Origin: Vicinamibacterales bacterium | GTDB lineage: Bacteria; Acidobacteriota; Vicinamibacteria; Vicinamibacterales; JAKQTR01 | Direction of reading: 5' to 3' | NCBI GenBank assembly: GCA_025456345.1 | Contig: JALOKU010000008.1 | Coordinates: forward strand, 609-64,608 | DNA length: 64,000 bases | Shown: positions 19,691-28,653 of the stretch, one piece after another | Layout of the letters: the number at the start of each line of letters is the position of its first letter | Numbering within the stretch: position 1 is the stretch's first letter | Program-made: the position numbers and the translations under genes | Notes under the pieces: model-generated | What the model saw: only the letters and a program-made list of their open reading frames with translations | Told to the model about the DNA's origin: nothing | Databases searched by the model: none

Positions 19691-20518
19691 ATGATCCGAC
19701 ACTGTGGGCTGTTCTTCGCGGTGGTGCTTCTCCTGGCGTTTTCGGCCACCCAGCCGATCGAAGCCGCCAACAAGGAGCACCAGCAGATGATGGCGGACAT
19801 CCGGATGCTGCAGCAGCAGAACACCCGGCTGCAGGCGCAACTGGCCGCGGTGGCCAGGCTGCTGGAGTCGGTCACCGCGCGCCTCGAGGAGCAGGCGGCC
19901 GTCAACCGGAAGGCGTTCGCCGACCAGAAGACCCTCGCGGACGTCATGAGCGCCGACGTGCGCGTTCTCCGCGAGAAGATCGACGAGTCGAACGTGCGCC
20001 TCGGCTCGCTCTCCGAGGAAGTCGAAGCGGTCCGCCTGGCGCAGGCGGCCGTTCCGGCGGCCGCCGCGGACCCGTCGGCCGCCGCGGCGCCGCCCGGCAC
20101 GACGCCCGCGCCCCGTCCGGGCGGCTTCGGCGCCTCACCGTCCCAGGCGTTCGAGACGGCCAGGTCGGACTACTACATGGGCAACTGGAGCCTCGCCATC
20201 CAGGGCTTCGAGAGCTTCATGAAGACGTTTCCGAAATCTGATCTCACCGACGACGCGCAGTACTACATCGGCGAGACCTTCTACATGTCCGGCCGGTTCC
20301 CGGACGCGCTGACGGCGTACAATGCCCTGATCGAGCGCTACCCGTCGAGCAACACCCTCCCCGACACGTACTACAAGCGCGGGATGGCGCAGAAGGCGCT
20401 GGGGCAGCTGCCGCAGGCGAGAGAGTCGCTCTCGTTCGTGATCAAGACGTATCCGTCGAGCGACGCGGCCTTCCTCGCCAGGCAGGCCCTCGATCAGCTC
20501 AACGTGCCGAAGAAGTGA
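19691..20518 (+). CDS. cpoB: Tol-Pal accessory protein CpoB/YbgF
   Basis: Signal peptide, coiled coil and C-terminal TPRs (AQYYIGE, YPSS); directly after pal. Confidence 0.88.
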   Translation: MIRHCGLFFAVVLLLAFSATQPIEAANKEHQQMMADIRMLQQQNTRLQAQLAAVARLLESVTARLEEQAAVNRKAFADQKTLADVMSADVRVLREKIDESNVRLGSLSEEVEAVRLAQAAVPAAAADPSAAAAPPGTTPAPRPGGFGASPSQAFETARSDYYMGNWSLAIQGFESFMKTFPKSDLTDDAQYYIGETFYMSGRFPDALTAYNALIERYPSSNTLPDTYYKRGMAQKALGQLPQARESLSFVIKTYPSSDAAFLARQALDQLNVPKK

Positions 20519-20557
20519 CGGCGGCCCGGGCCGCCGTCGCCCGGTGAAAGGACTCGC

Positions 20558-20983
20558 ATGGCGAACAGCTACAACAAGATCATCCTCGTGGGGCGAATCG
20601 GGAGAGACGCCGAACTCCGGGCCACGCCGAAGGGCACGCAGGTGGCCGAGACCAGCGTGGCCGTCGACGACCTGGCGAAGAAGAAGCCCGAGGGCGGATT
20701 CGAGACCGAGTGGTACAGGATCAAGGTCTGGGGCCGTCAGGCCGAGACCCTCGCGCCGATGCTGCTCAAGGGCAACCTCGTCCTGGTCGAGGGCCGGCTG
20801 TCGATCAGAACCTACGAGGACAGGGACAAGCGCAATCGCTACTCGCCCGAGGTGTCGGCCGACCGCGTGGTCCTGCTGGGCAGCCCGGGCGGCCAGCGCG
20901 CCGGGGCGTCCCGCGAGCCGCACCCCGTGGACGAACTCGACCAGGCGCCGAGCGACATCAATGCGGACGATATTCCGTTCTGA
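20558..20983 (+). CDS. ssb: Single-stranded DNA-binding protein
   Basis: NKIILVGRIGRDAELR, TEWY, KGNLVLVEGRL, acidic tail DDIPF. Confidence 0.95.
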   Translation: MANSYNKIILVGRIGRDAELRATPKGTQVAETSVAVDDLAKKKPEGGFETEWYRIKVWGRQAETLAPMLLKGNLVLVEGRLSIRTYEDRDKRNRYSPEVSADRVVLLGSPGGQRAGASREPHPVDELDQAPSDINADDIPF

Positions 20984-20991
20984 CGAAAGAC

Positions 20992-21085
20992 AGAAGTAAG
21001 AAGCAAGAAGCAAGAAGTAGAACGAGGATGCGGATGGGGGGCCTTCTGACGTTCGTCAGTGGGCCCTTCTTGCTTCTTGCTCCTT
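20992..21085. terminator. Probable bidirectional terminator framed by inverted heptamer repeats
   Basis: (AAGAAGC)n at 20998-21017 and its near-perfect reverse complement at 21066-21085 flank an inner hairpin GGGCC..CTGAC-GTTC-GTCAG..GGCCC, between the convergent ssb and cupin genes. Confidence 0.6.
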
Positions 21086-21101
21086 GATTCTGACGGACTG
21101 T

Positions 21102-21470
21102 CTAGCTGCCCGCCCTCCCGTACCGATCCTCCAGCCGCACGACGTCGTCCAGTTCGGGCGTCGACACCTCGATGATGTCGGCGTCTTCGATCGCCGTGAC
21201 GCGGTGCACGGTGCCCGCCGGGATGTGCAGGCGATCGCCAGGCGAGAGGTCCAGCGACCGCAGCGCGTCGCCGTCCTTGATTTCGTACCTGACCCTGCCC
21301 GACGCCAGGTACACGGTTTCCGTCTTCACGTGGTGGTACTGCAGGCTGAGCGCGTGCCCCGCGTTCACGTGGATGATCTTGCCGGCGTAGTGGTCCGTTC
21401 TGGCCCACAGCAACTCGTATCCCCAGGGCTTGTCGACACGAACGATCCCGGGTTTCACGTCTTCACTCAC
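21102..21470 (-). CDS. Small cupin (mannose-6-phosphate isomerase type II-like)
   Basis: KPWG, LSLQYH..KTE, IPAGTVHR, EVSTPELDDVVRLEDRYGR; GTG 21470 overlaps the ptsI stop. Confidence 0.85.
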   Translation of the reverse strand: MSEDVKPGIVRVDKPWGYELLWARTDHYAGKIIHVNAGHALSLQYHHVKTETVYLASGRVRYEIKDGDALRSLDLSPGDRLHIPAGTVHRVTAIEDADIIEVSTPELDDVVRLEDRYGRAGS

Positions 21471-23257
21471 GAGTGACCCTCCATGTGCGGGCGGCCGTCG
21501 CGGCCGAGGGGCCACGATGCCAGCGCCGGAAACCGGGCCGCCAGCAAGGCGGCGATGTCCAAAGATGTCGGCAGGCTGAGGGCACGCGCCGCCGCACGCC
21601 GCACCTCGCCCATCGTCACCCGGCGCACCAGGTCGCGCGCCTCGGGAATGGCCGCCGGGCTCATGCTGAACTCGGTCACCCCCAGCCCCAGCAGGAGCAG
21701 CAGGGCGCCCGGGTCGGCGGCCATCTCGCCGCACACCGCCACCGGCCGGCCGCGCGGCCGTGCGAGCCGGACCACCTGGCGGATGACCCTGAGAATGGCG
21801 GGGTGCAGCGGGTCGAACAGCCCTGCCACGCGGCGGTCGGCCCGATCGACAGCCAGGCAGAACTGAATCAGGTCGTTGGTGCCGATGCTGAAGAAGTCCG
21901 CCTCGGCGGCCAGCAGATCGACCGTCAGCGCAGCGGACGGCACCTCGACCATGACGCCAACGGGCATGGCCGTCAGTTCGGGGCCGGTGCCCTGCACCGC
22001 GTGGGTGGCTGATCGCAGCGCGGCCCGGGCGCTGCGGAGCTCGTCGACGCTCGACACGAACGGCAGCAGCACCCGCACCGACCCGTGACGGCTCGCCCTC
22101 GCGAGGGCGCGCAGCTGCGTCTCGAAGGCCTCGCGATGCCCCAGGCTCAGGCGGATCGCGCGCAGGCCCAGCGGGCCCCTCGCGCGGGACCCAGCCTCCG
22201 GCTCCGCGTCCGCGCGGCCCGACGCTTGCGACTCCTCGATGTCGAAGCTGCGGATGGTCACCGCGTGCGGCGCCATCCGCTCGACGAGATCGCGGTAGAC
22301 GCCGTACTGCGCCTCCTCGTCGCAGGCGTCGACGGCGCGGCCACCCAGCAGGAACTCGGATCGGAACAGGCCGATGCCTTCGGCGCCAGCCGCTCTGGCC
22401 GCCTCGACTTCCTCCAGCCGCTCGATGTTGGCCAGGAACCGGACGGCGGCGCCGTCGGCGGTCAGCACGGGCCCGGACGGCCGCGCGCGGGGGGGGGCCG
22501 CGCCCGCCGCGCGCCTGTCGCGCCGCCGACGGGCCTCTTCAACGACCCCGGGCGTCGGATCGATCACGACCTCGCCGGCGTCGCCATCGACGAGCACGAG
22601 GGTGCCCGGCCTGATGTAGGTGGTCACCAGGGCCGCTCCGGCCACGGCGGGGATGCCGAGCGACCGGGCGAGGATCGCCGAATGATGGGTGCGGCTGCCG
22701 GTTTCGAAGGCCACGCCGAGAATCATCGCCGGATCGATCTGGGCCGCGAACGAGGGTGCGAGTTCGTCGGCCACGAGCACGGCCGGCGCGGCCAGGGCCG
22801 CGGGTGCGCCGCCGCCCGAGCCGGCGGGCCGCAGGTTCCGGCGAAGCCGCCCGACGACATCGGCCACGTCCCCGCGGCGCTCGCGCAGGTAGTCGTCGCC
22901 CACGTCGGCGAACACCGCACAGAACTGGTCGAACGCCCGGTCGAGGGCCCACTCGGCATTTACGCGATCGGACTCGACAATGCGCCGCGCACGCGGCACG
23001 AGCAGGTCGTCGTCGAGCATGAGCAGCTGCGCCTCGAACAGGCTCGCGAGGTCGGCGCCGGCTTGCTGCGCCACTCGGGCATGGATGGCCCGCAACTGCG
23101 TGGCGCTGGCCTCCCTGGCCCGGTCCAGCCGGCCGCGTTCGCGCTCGACGTTCGCCGCGGCGATGCCGCAGCGCATCACGGGATGGCGCTCGAGCATGAG
23201 GGCCGCCGGCCCCCAGGCCACGCCCGGCGACACGGGCAGGCCGGGAACCCTCGTCAT
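21467..23257 (-). CDS. ptsI: PTS enzyme I
   Basis: THHSAILARS phospho-His motif, GIGLFRSEF, LGLRAIR, FSIGTNDLIQ, CGEMA. Confidence 0.95.
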   Translation of the reverse strand: MTRVPGLPVSPGVAWGPAALMLERHPVMRCGIAAANVERERGRLDRAREASATQLRAIHARVAQQAGADLASLFEAQLLMLDDDLLVPRARRIVESDRVNAEWALDRAFDQFCAVFADVGDDYLRERRGDVADVVGRLRRNLRPAGSGGGAPAALAAPAVLVADELAPSFAAQIDPAMILGVAFETGSRTHHSAILARSLGIPAVAGAALVTTYIRPGTLVLVDGDAGEVVIDPTPGVVEEARRRRDRRAAGAAPPRARPSGPVLTADGAAVRFLANIERLEEVEAARAAGAEGIGLFRSEFLLGGRAVDACDEEAQYGVYRDLVERMAPHAVTIRSFDIEESQASGRADAEPEAGSRARGPLGLRAIRLSLGHREAFETQLRALARASRHGSVRVLLPFVSSVDELRSARAALRSATHAVQGTGPELTAMPVGVMVEVPSAALTVDLLAAEADFFSIGTNDLIQFCLAVDRADRRVAGLFDPLHPAILRVIRQVVRLARPRGRPVAVCGEMAADPGALLLLLGLGVTEFSMSPAAIPEARDLVRRVTMGEVRRAAARALSLPTSLDIAALLAARFPALASWPLGRDGRPHMEGHS

Positions 23258-23532
23258 GGCGCCTCCTCGAACCCGGAGTCCACCAGACGGCAGAGCGCGC
23301 GGAGCGCCTCCTCCTCGCCGGCCCCGTCGGCGGTGATGCGGAGGGTGACGCCCCGCGCGGCCGCGAGGAGCAGGAGCCCCAGGATGCTCTTGCCGTCAAC
23401 GACGCGATCGGCGCGATCCTCGCGCGTCACCGTGACCCGGCACGGGAACGCGCCGGCGGCGTGCACGAACCGCGCGGCCGCCCGCGCGTGCATGCCGAGG
23501 GCGTTCCGGACGGTGACGGCGCGTTCCCGCAT
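23254..23532 (-). CDS. ptsH: Phosphocarrier protein HPr
   Basis: GMHAR (His15) and GKSILG (Ser46 equivalent). Confidence 0.95.
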   Translation of the reverse strand: MRERAVTVRNALGMHARAAARFVHAAGAFPCRVTVTREDRADRVVDGKSILGLLLLAAARGVTLRITADGAGEEEALRALCRLVDSGFEEAP

Positions 23533-23533
23533 G

Positions 23534-23947
23534 TCAGCTCTTGTCCTCGGACCGGAGCAGGTCCGACGCCACGTGAATCGCGCTGCGCCCCGTTTCGCGC
23601 AGCTCGCGGGCGACGGCCAGCAGCGCCGGCTGCGCGGGCCGCAGGCTGGAGAGCTTGATGAGCATCGGGAGGTTGACGCCGGTCACCACCTCGACCCGAT
23701 CCGGCTCGACAAACGACAGCCCCAGGTTCGTCGGTGTGCCGCCGAACATGTCGGTCAGGACGAGCACGCCGCTGGCGCCCTGCAGGCGCGCGATCGCCTG
23801 CCGGATCTCCTCGCGCGCGTCCTCGGTGTCGTCGTGCCAGCCGATCGAGACCGCGGCGAACCGCGGCAGGTCGCCGACGATGGCTTCCGCGGCGTTGACC
23901 AGCTCCGCGGCCAGCTGTCCGTGCGTCACCACCACCACGCCAATCAC
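23534..23947 (-). CDS. PTS EIIA component, mannose class
   Basis: VVTHG, TDMFGGTP and GVNLPML motifs. Confidence 0.92.
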   Translation of the reverse strand: MIGVVVVTHGQLAAELVNAAEAIVGDLPRFAAVSIGWHDDTEDAREEIRQAIARLQGASGVLVLTDMFGGTPTNLGLSFVEPDRVEVVTGVNLPMLIKLSSLRPAQPALLAVARELRETGRSAIHVASDLLRSEDKS

Positions 23948-24897
23948 GTTCGTACTCCTTGCCCGCGCCGCCGCGCGGCTGCCGACTCGCCGCCGGGCGT
24001 CATGTCACGATGCCGCACGTGCAGACGCACGCCGCGGATGGCCCCCAGATCGCGCCGGAGCTGCTCGGCCACGTAGACCGACCGGTGCTGGCCGCCGGTG
24101 CAGCCGATCCCGACCGTCAGATACGTCTTGCCCTCCTCCGCGTACTGCGGAATCAGGAACTGCAGCAGGGCCGCCAGGCGGTCGACGGTCGCCTGCGTCG
24201 CCGGGTGCCGCTTCATGAACGCCTTCACCGCGCGATCGCGGCCGGAGAGCGGCCGCAGGCGCGGAAAGAAGTGGGGGTTCGGCAGGAACCGCACGTCGAA
24301 CACCAGGTCCGACTCGACGGGGATCCCGCGCTTGAACCCGAAGCTGACGAAGGTGACCTGGAGCGGCCGCTCCCGCACGGTCCCGCGGGCAACCGTCATG
24401 AACACATCGCGCAGGTCGTACACCGTCAGATCCGACGTATCGACGATCTCGTCGGCCATGGCACGGATCGCTTTCAGCGCCCGCCGCTCCTCGCGGATGC
24501 CGTCGAGCACCGGCCGGTCTTTCGCGAGGGGATGCGGGCGGCGCGTCTCGCTGAACCGGCGCACCAGGGCGGCGTCACGGGCCTCGAGGAAGATCAGGAT
24601 CGGCTTCAGGCCCGGCACCCGCTGGATCCGCCGGAACACTTTCGCGAACTGAGACAGGAACGCCCCTTCGCGGACGTCCACGACAATGGCCACCTTCTCG
24701 AGGCCCGATCCCGCGCGGCTCGCCAGTTCCGCCATCGTGGGGATCATCATCGTCGGCAGGTTGTCGACGCAGAAGTACCCGAGATCCTCGAGGGCGCGGA
24801 TGGCCTGCGACTTTCCCGCCCCGGACAGCCCCGTCAGCACGACGAAGCGTGCCTGCGCCGTGCGCTGCGCCACTGACGATCGCCTCGCCCCTGCCAT
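23944..24897 (-). CDS. rapZ: RNase adapter RapZ (YhbJ/YvcJ family)
   Basis: TGLSGAGKS, GYFCVDNLP, ETRRPHPL, SFGFK, FDVRFLPNP, GCTGGQHRSV; start ATG 24897. Confidence 0.95.
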   Translation of the reverse strand: MAGARRSSVAQRTAQARFVVLTGLSGAGKSQAIRALEDLGYFCVDNLPTMMIPTMAELASRAGSGLEKVAIVVDVREGAFLSQFAKVFRRIQRVPGLKPILIFLEARDAALVRRFSETRRPHPLAKDRPVLDGIREERRALKAIRAMADEIVDTSDLTVYDLRDVFMTVARGTVRERPLQVTFVSFGFKRGIPVESDLVFDVRFLPNPHFFPRLRPLSGRDRAVKAFMKRHPATQATVDRLAALLQFLIPQYAEEGKTYLTVGIGCTGGQHRSVYVAEQLRRDLGAIRGVRLHVRHRDMTPGGESAAARRRGQGVRT

Positions 24898-25898
24898 CAG
24901 TCGCCCTCCCGTTCGGCGGACTCGTCCGGTTCGGCCACCGCGCCGCGGTCGCCGTCCTTCAACTGCTGCTGCAGGCGATCGGCGAGCGCTCTCGCCGCGT
25001 GGTGCCCCCGGGCCCGCAGCAGCTGGTTGCGGGCGGCGACCTCCACGAGGTTGGCGATGCTGCGCCCCGGCGCCACCGGCATCCGGTTCATCGGGACGCG
25101 CAGCCCGAGGATCTCGACGAATCGGTCGTCCAGCCCGAGGCGCTCGTATTCGCGCCCGCTCTCCCAGCGCTCGAGCTGGACCACGAATTCGATCCGCTTC
25201 GACGACCGCGTGGAGGCGACGCCGAACAGGTCCCTGATGTTGAGGATGCCCAGCCCGCGGATTTCCATGTGGTGGCGCGTGAGCTCGGGGCACTCGCCGA
25301 TGAGGACCGACTCGGCGCGGCGGCGGACGTCGACCGTATCGTCGGCGACCAGCCGGTGCCCGCGCAGCACGAGGTCCAGCGCGCACTCGCTCTTGCCGAT
25401 TCCGCTCTCGCCGGCAATCAGCACGCCGAGGCCCAGGATGTCCATCAGGACCGCGTGCACGACGGTCCGCTCCGCCAGGACGTCTTCCAGGAAACTGGTG
25501 AGCCTCGCGATGGCGATCGGCGTCGCCACCGGCGTCCGCAGAAGCGGCACGCCGGCGCGCCCGGCCTCGGCGGCGACCTCGGGCGGCAGCGCCAGCCCGT
25601 CGGTCACGAGCACGCAGGGAATGGGCCGAGCCATGACCCGGGCAAGGCTGGCGGCGCGCACGGAGGGATCCTGCCCGTTGAGGTAGCCGATCTCGCTGGC
25701 GCCGAACACCAGCACGCGGCCTTCCTGGAGATAGCTGTCGAACCCCGCGAGAGCGAGCCCGGTCTTCAGCACGTAGGGGCTGGTGATGCCGCGCCCGAGC
25801 CCGTCTGCCCCGGCCAGGATCTCCAGGCCGAGGTTCAGACGGTCCGCGCGGGCGCGCAGCAGGGATCCAACCGTGACTGGAAGCGGCGAGGGCGTCAT
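24897..25898 (-). CDS. hprK: HPr kinase/phosphorylase
   Basis: GESGIGKSECALDL, GHRLVADD, MEIRGLGI, PVAPGR, EVAARN. Confidence 0.95.
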   Translation of the reverse strand: MTPSPLPVTVGSLLRARADRLNLGLEILAGADGLGRGITSPYVLKTGLALAGFDSYLQEGRVLVFGASEIGYLNGQDPSVRAASLARVMARPIPCVLVTDGLALPPEVAAEAGRAGVPLLRTPVATPIAIARLTSFLEDVLAERTVVHAVLMDILGLGVLIAGESGIGKSECALDLVLRGHRLVADDTVDVRRRAESVLIGECPELTRHHMEIRGLGILNIRDLFGVASTRSSKRIEFVVQLERWESGREYERLGLDDRFVEILGLRVPMNRMPVAPGRSIANLVEVAARNQLLRARGHHAARALADRLQQQLKDGDRGAVAEPDESAEREGD

Positions 25899-25926
25899 AG
25901 ACCGAAACGGGCCGGCCCGCCAGGCC

Positions 25927-26457
25927 TCAGGCCTTCGGCTCAATCAGCCCGATGTCCCCGTCCTTTCGCCGGAAGACGACGCTGACCGCGTCGGTGTCGG
26001 TGTTGCGGAACACCAGGAACGCGTCCGGTTCCGGAGCCAGCGCGAGGGCCGCCTCCTCGACGGACATGGGCCTGACCGGGTAGCGCCGCGCCCGGATGAC
26101 GCGGCGCCTCCGCACGGCGTCCCGGGGCTCCGGGATGGTGCGCTTGACGGGCCGCGCCTCGCGGGTGCGTTCCTGCCACTTGCCCTTCAGCTTCTTCCCC
26201 TGCTGGATCAGGCGATCCACGGCCAGCGACAGGGCCTCGTCCCACGAGGTGGCGACGGCCCGCCCCTTAAGCATGTGCCCGCCTCTCGCGTGCACGTGCA
26301 CTTCGACGACGTGCCGGAACTTCTCGGGCCACAGCTCGACCTGCCCCGACACCGCCCGGGTGTTCAGGACGCGCTCGAGCCGCGCCATCTTCCGCTCGAC
26401 CAGCCGGGTGATGGCCGGCGTGATCTCAACGTGTCTGCCCGTCAAGGTGAGTCGCAT
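25927..26457 (-). CDS. hpf: Ribosome hibernation promoting factor (long form)
   Basis: TGRHVEIT N-terminal domain plus C-terminal PMSVEEA...FRN...VFRRKDGDIGLIEP; follows rpoN. Confidence 0.9.
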   Translation of the reverse strand: MRLTLTGRHVEITPAITRLVERKMARLERVLNTRAVSGQVELWPEKFRHVVEVHVHARGGHMLKGRAVATSWDEALSLAVDRLIQQGKKLKGKWQERTREARPVKRTIPEPRDAVRRRRVIRARRYPVRPMSVEEAALALAPEPDAFLVFRNTDTDAVSVVFRRKDGDIGLIEPKA

Positions 26458-26464
26458 GATGGCC

Positions 26465-27892
26465 TCAGTAGAACACCTTGCGCTGATTGGACGTGGGGAT
26501 CTTGAGCTCCTCGCGGTACTTCGCGATGGTGCGCCGCGCCAGCACCAGGCCCTCCTTCTGAAGGATGCTGACGATCTTGGAGTCGCTCATCGGCTTGCGG
26601 GCGTCTTCGCCCTCGATGATCTTCCTGATCCGCTGCTTGATCGTCACCGACGACACGTGGTCGCCGTACGAGCTGCTGATCCCGCTATGGAAGAAGTACT
26701 TCATCTCGAACACGCCCTGGGGCGTGTGCATGTACTTGTTGGTGACGACGCGGCTGACCGTCGACTCGTGCATCGAGATGTCGTTGGCCACGTCCCGCAG
26801 CACGAGCGGGCGCAGGAACTCGATGCCGTGATCCAGGAAGTCGCGCTGGAAATTGATGATGCTCGTGGCGACCTTGTGAATCGTCCGCTGCCGCTGTTCC
26901 ACCGACTTGATCAGCCACAACGCCGACCGGAACTTGTCCTTCACGTACGCCCGCGTCTCTTCGGGGTTCTCCGTGCTCTTCTCCAGCAGCCGCCGGTACA
27001 CGGGGCTAATCCGCAGCTGCGGCAGTCCGTCTTCGTTGAGCGCCGCCACGTACTGGTCGTCCACCTTGACCACGTAGACGTCGGGGATGACGTACTGGGA
27101 CTCCCGCCGGTTGAACCGGCTGCCCGGCTTCGGGTCGAGGTGCCGGATGGTCTCGATGTGCGGTTTCAGGTCGTCCACCGACAGCCCGAGCTTCTTGGCC
27201 AGTTCGGGGATCTGGTGGTTCTGGAGCATCCGCAGGTGCTCGGTGACGATGCGCTCGGCGGGCGTGCCCTCGAGGCCGATGTGCCGCAGCTGCAGCCACA
27301 GGCACTCCTGCAGGTCGCGCGCGGCCACGCCGATCGGATCGAACCCCTGCATCAGCCGCAGCGCCGCCTCGACCTGGTCGGGCGACCAGTTCCCCATCAG
27401 CGCGATCTCGTCCACCGACGCCACGAGGTACCCGTCGTCGTCGAGGTTGCCGATGATGGCTTCGCCGATCGTCCGCGTGCTTTCGTCGGTGGCCTGCAGC
27501 GACAGCTGCCACTCGAGGTGATCGGCCAGCGACGACGCGGTCGAGAGGGTGTTCTCGATGGGCGGCAGCTCCTTGACTTCCTGCTGCGCCCGCGGCCGGT
27601 AGCCCTCGTCCAGGTAGTCGCCGAAGAAGTAGGCGTAATCCCCGTCGTCCCAGCCGTCCACTTTCGTGGCCGCCCCGGCCTCACCCTCCGTCTTGTCCGG
27701 CGCCGCTCCGTCCGCCGCCTGCGCGTCGTCGGACTGGACTTCCTCCAGCAGCGGATTCTCGACCACCTCCTGGTTGAGCATGTCGGCCAGCTCGAGGGTC
27801 GACATCGGCAGCAGCTTGATCGCCTGCTGCAGGGAGGGCGTGAGGATGAGTTTCTGGACGAGTTTCGTGTGCAGTCGTTGCTGGAGCGCCAT
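26465..27892 (-). CDS. rpoN: RNA polymerase sigma-54 factor
   Basis: LQQAIKLL, ENPLLE, MHESTVSRV and RpoN box ARRTIAKYR. Confidence 0.97.
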   Translation of the reverse strand: MALQQRLHTKLVQKLILTPSLQQAIKLLPMSTLELADMLNQEVVENPLLEEVQSDDAQAADGAAPDKTEGEAGAATKVDGWDDGDYAYFFGDYLDEGYRPRAQQEVKELPPIENTLSTASSLADHLEWQLSLQATDESTRTIGEAIIGNLDDDGYLVASVDEIALMGNWSPDQVEAALRLMQGFDPIGVAARDLQECLWLQLRHIGLEGTPAERIVTEHLRMLQNHQIPELAKKLGLSVDDLKPHIETIRHLDPKPGSRFNRRESQYVIPDVYVVKVDDQYVAALNEDGLPQLRISPVYRRLLEKSTENPEETRAYVKDKFRSALWLIKSVEQRQRTIHKVATSIINFQRDFLDHGIEFLRPLVLRDVANDISMHESTVSRVVTNKYMHTPQGVFEMKYFFHSGISSSYGDHVSSVTIKQRIRKIIEGEDARKPMSDSKIVSILQKEGLVLARRTIAKYREELKIPTSNQRKVFY

Positions 27893-27927
27893 GGGTGTTC
27901 ACCGGGAGTGTAGTGCGTCGTGCAGCA

Positions 27928-28653
27928 TCAGTCCAGCCGGAAATCCGACCCCAGATAGACGCGGCGGACCTCCTCGTCTTCCGCCAGGCTCTCGGGCGTT
28001 CCGCTCCGGAAAATCGCGCCTTCGTTGACGATGTAGGCCCGATCCGTGATCCGGAGCGTCTCGCGCACGTTGTGATCGGTGATGAGCACGCCGATGCCGC
28101 GCTCGCTGAGGTGCGAGACGATGTCCTGGATGTCGGCCACGGCGATGGGGTCGATGCCGGCGAACGGCTCGTCGAGCAGGATGAACCGGGGCGAAATGAC
28201 CAGCGCGCGCGTGATCTCGACCCGGCGCCGCTCCCCGCCCGACAGCGTGTAGGCCGGCGAGTCGGCCAGCGGCGTCAGGTTCAGCTCCGCCAGCAGGGCC
28301 CCCAGCCGCGTCCGGCGTTCAGCCGCCGAGAGGCTGAGCGTCTCGAGAATCGCCAGGATGTTCTGCCGGACCGTCAAGCCCCGGAACACCGACGGCTCCT
28401 GCGGCAGGTACCCGATGCCCTTCCTGGCGCGGATGTACATCGGGTCGTGCGTCACGTCCGCCCCGTCGAGCAGCACCCGCCCGGAGTCCGGCGCCGTCAG
28501 CCCGACGGTCATGTAGAAGGTCGTTGTCTTGCCCGCCCCGTTCGGGCCGAGGAGCCCGACCACCTCGCCCGAGCGCACCTCCACGCTGACGCCGCGGACG
28601 ACCGTCCGTCCGCCGTACGACTTGGTCAGGGCGTCTGTTCGCAGCGTCGCCAT
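27928..28653 (-). CDS. lptB: LPS export ABC ATPase
   Basis: [48 protein letters not shown]. Confidence 0.96.
   Translation of the reverse strand: MATLRTDALTKSYGGRTVVRGVSVEVRSGEVVGLLGPNGAGKTTTFYMTVGLTAPDSGRVLLDGADVTHDPMYIRARKGIGYLPQEPSVFRGLTVRQNILAILETLSLSAAERRTRLGALLAELNLTPLADSPAYTLSGGERRRVEITRALVISPRFILLDEPFAGIDPIAVADIQDIVSHLSERGIGVLITDHNVRETLRITDRAYIVNEGAIFRSGTPESLAEDEEVRRVYLGSDFRLD

Noticed and set aside
21360..21466. Partial canonical parS matches (GTTCACGTGG, GTTTCACGT)
   Set aside because: Not full 16-bp palindromes and they lie inside the cupin CDS; no canonical parS was seen in the window.
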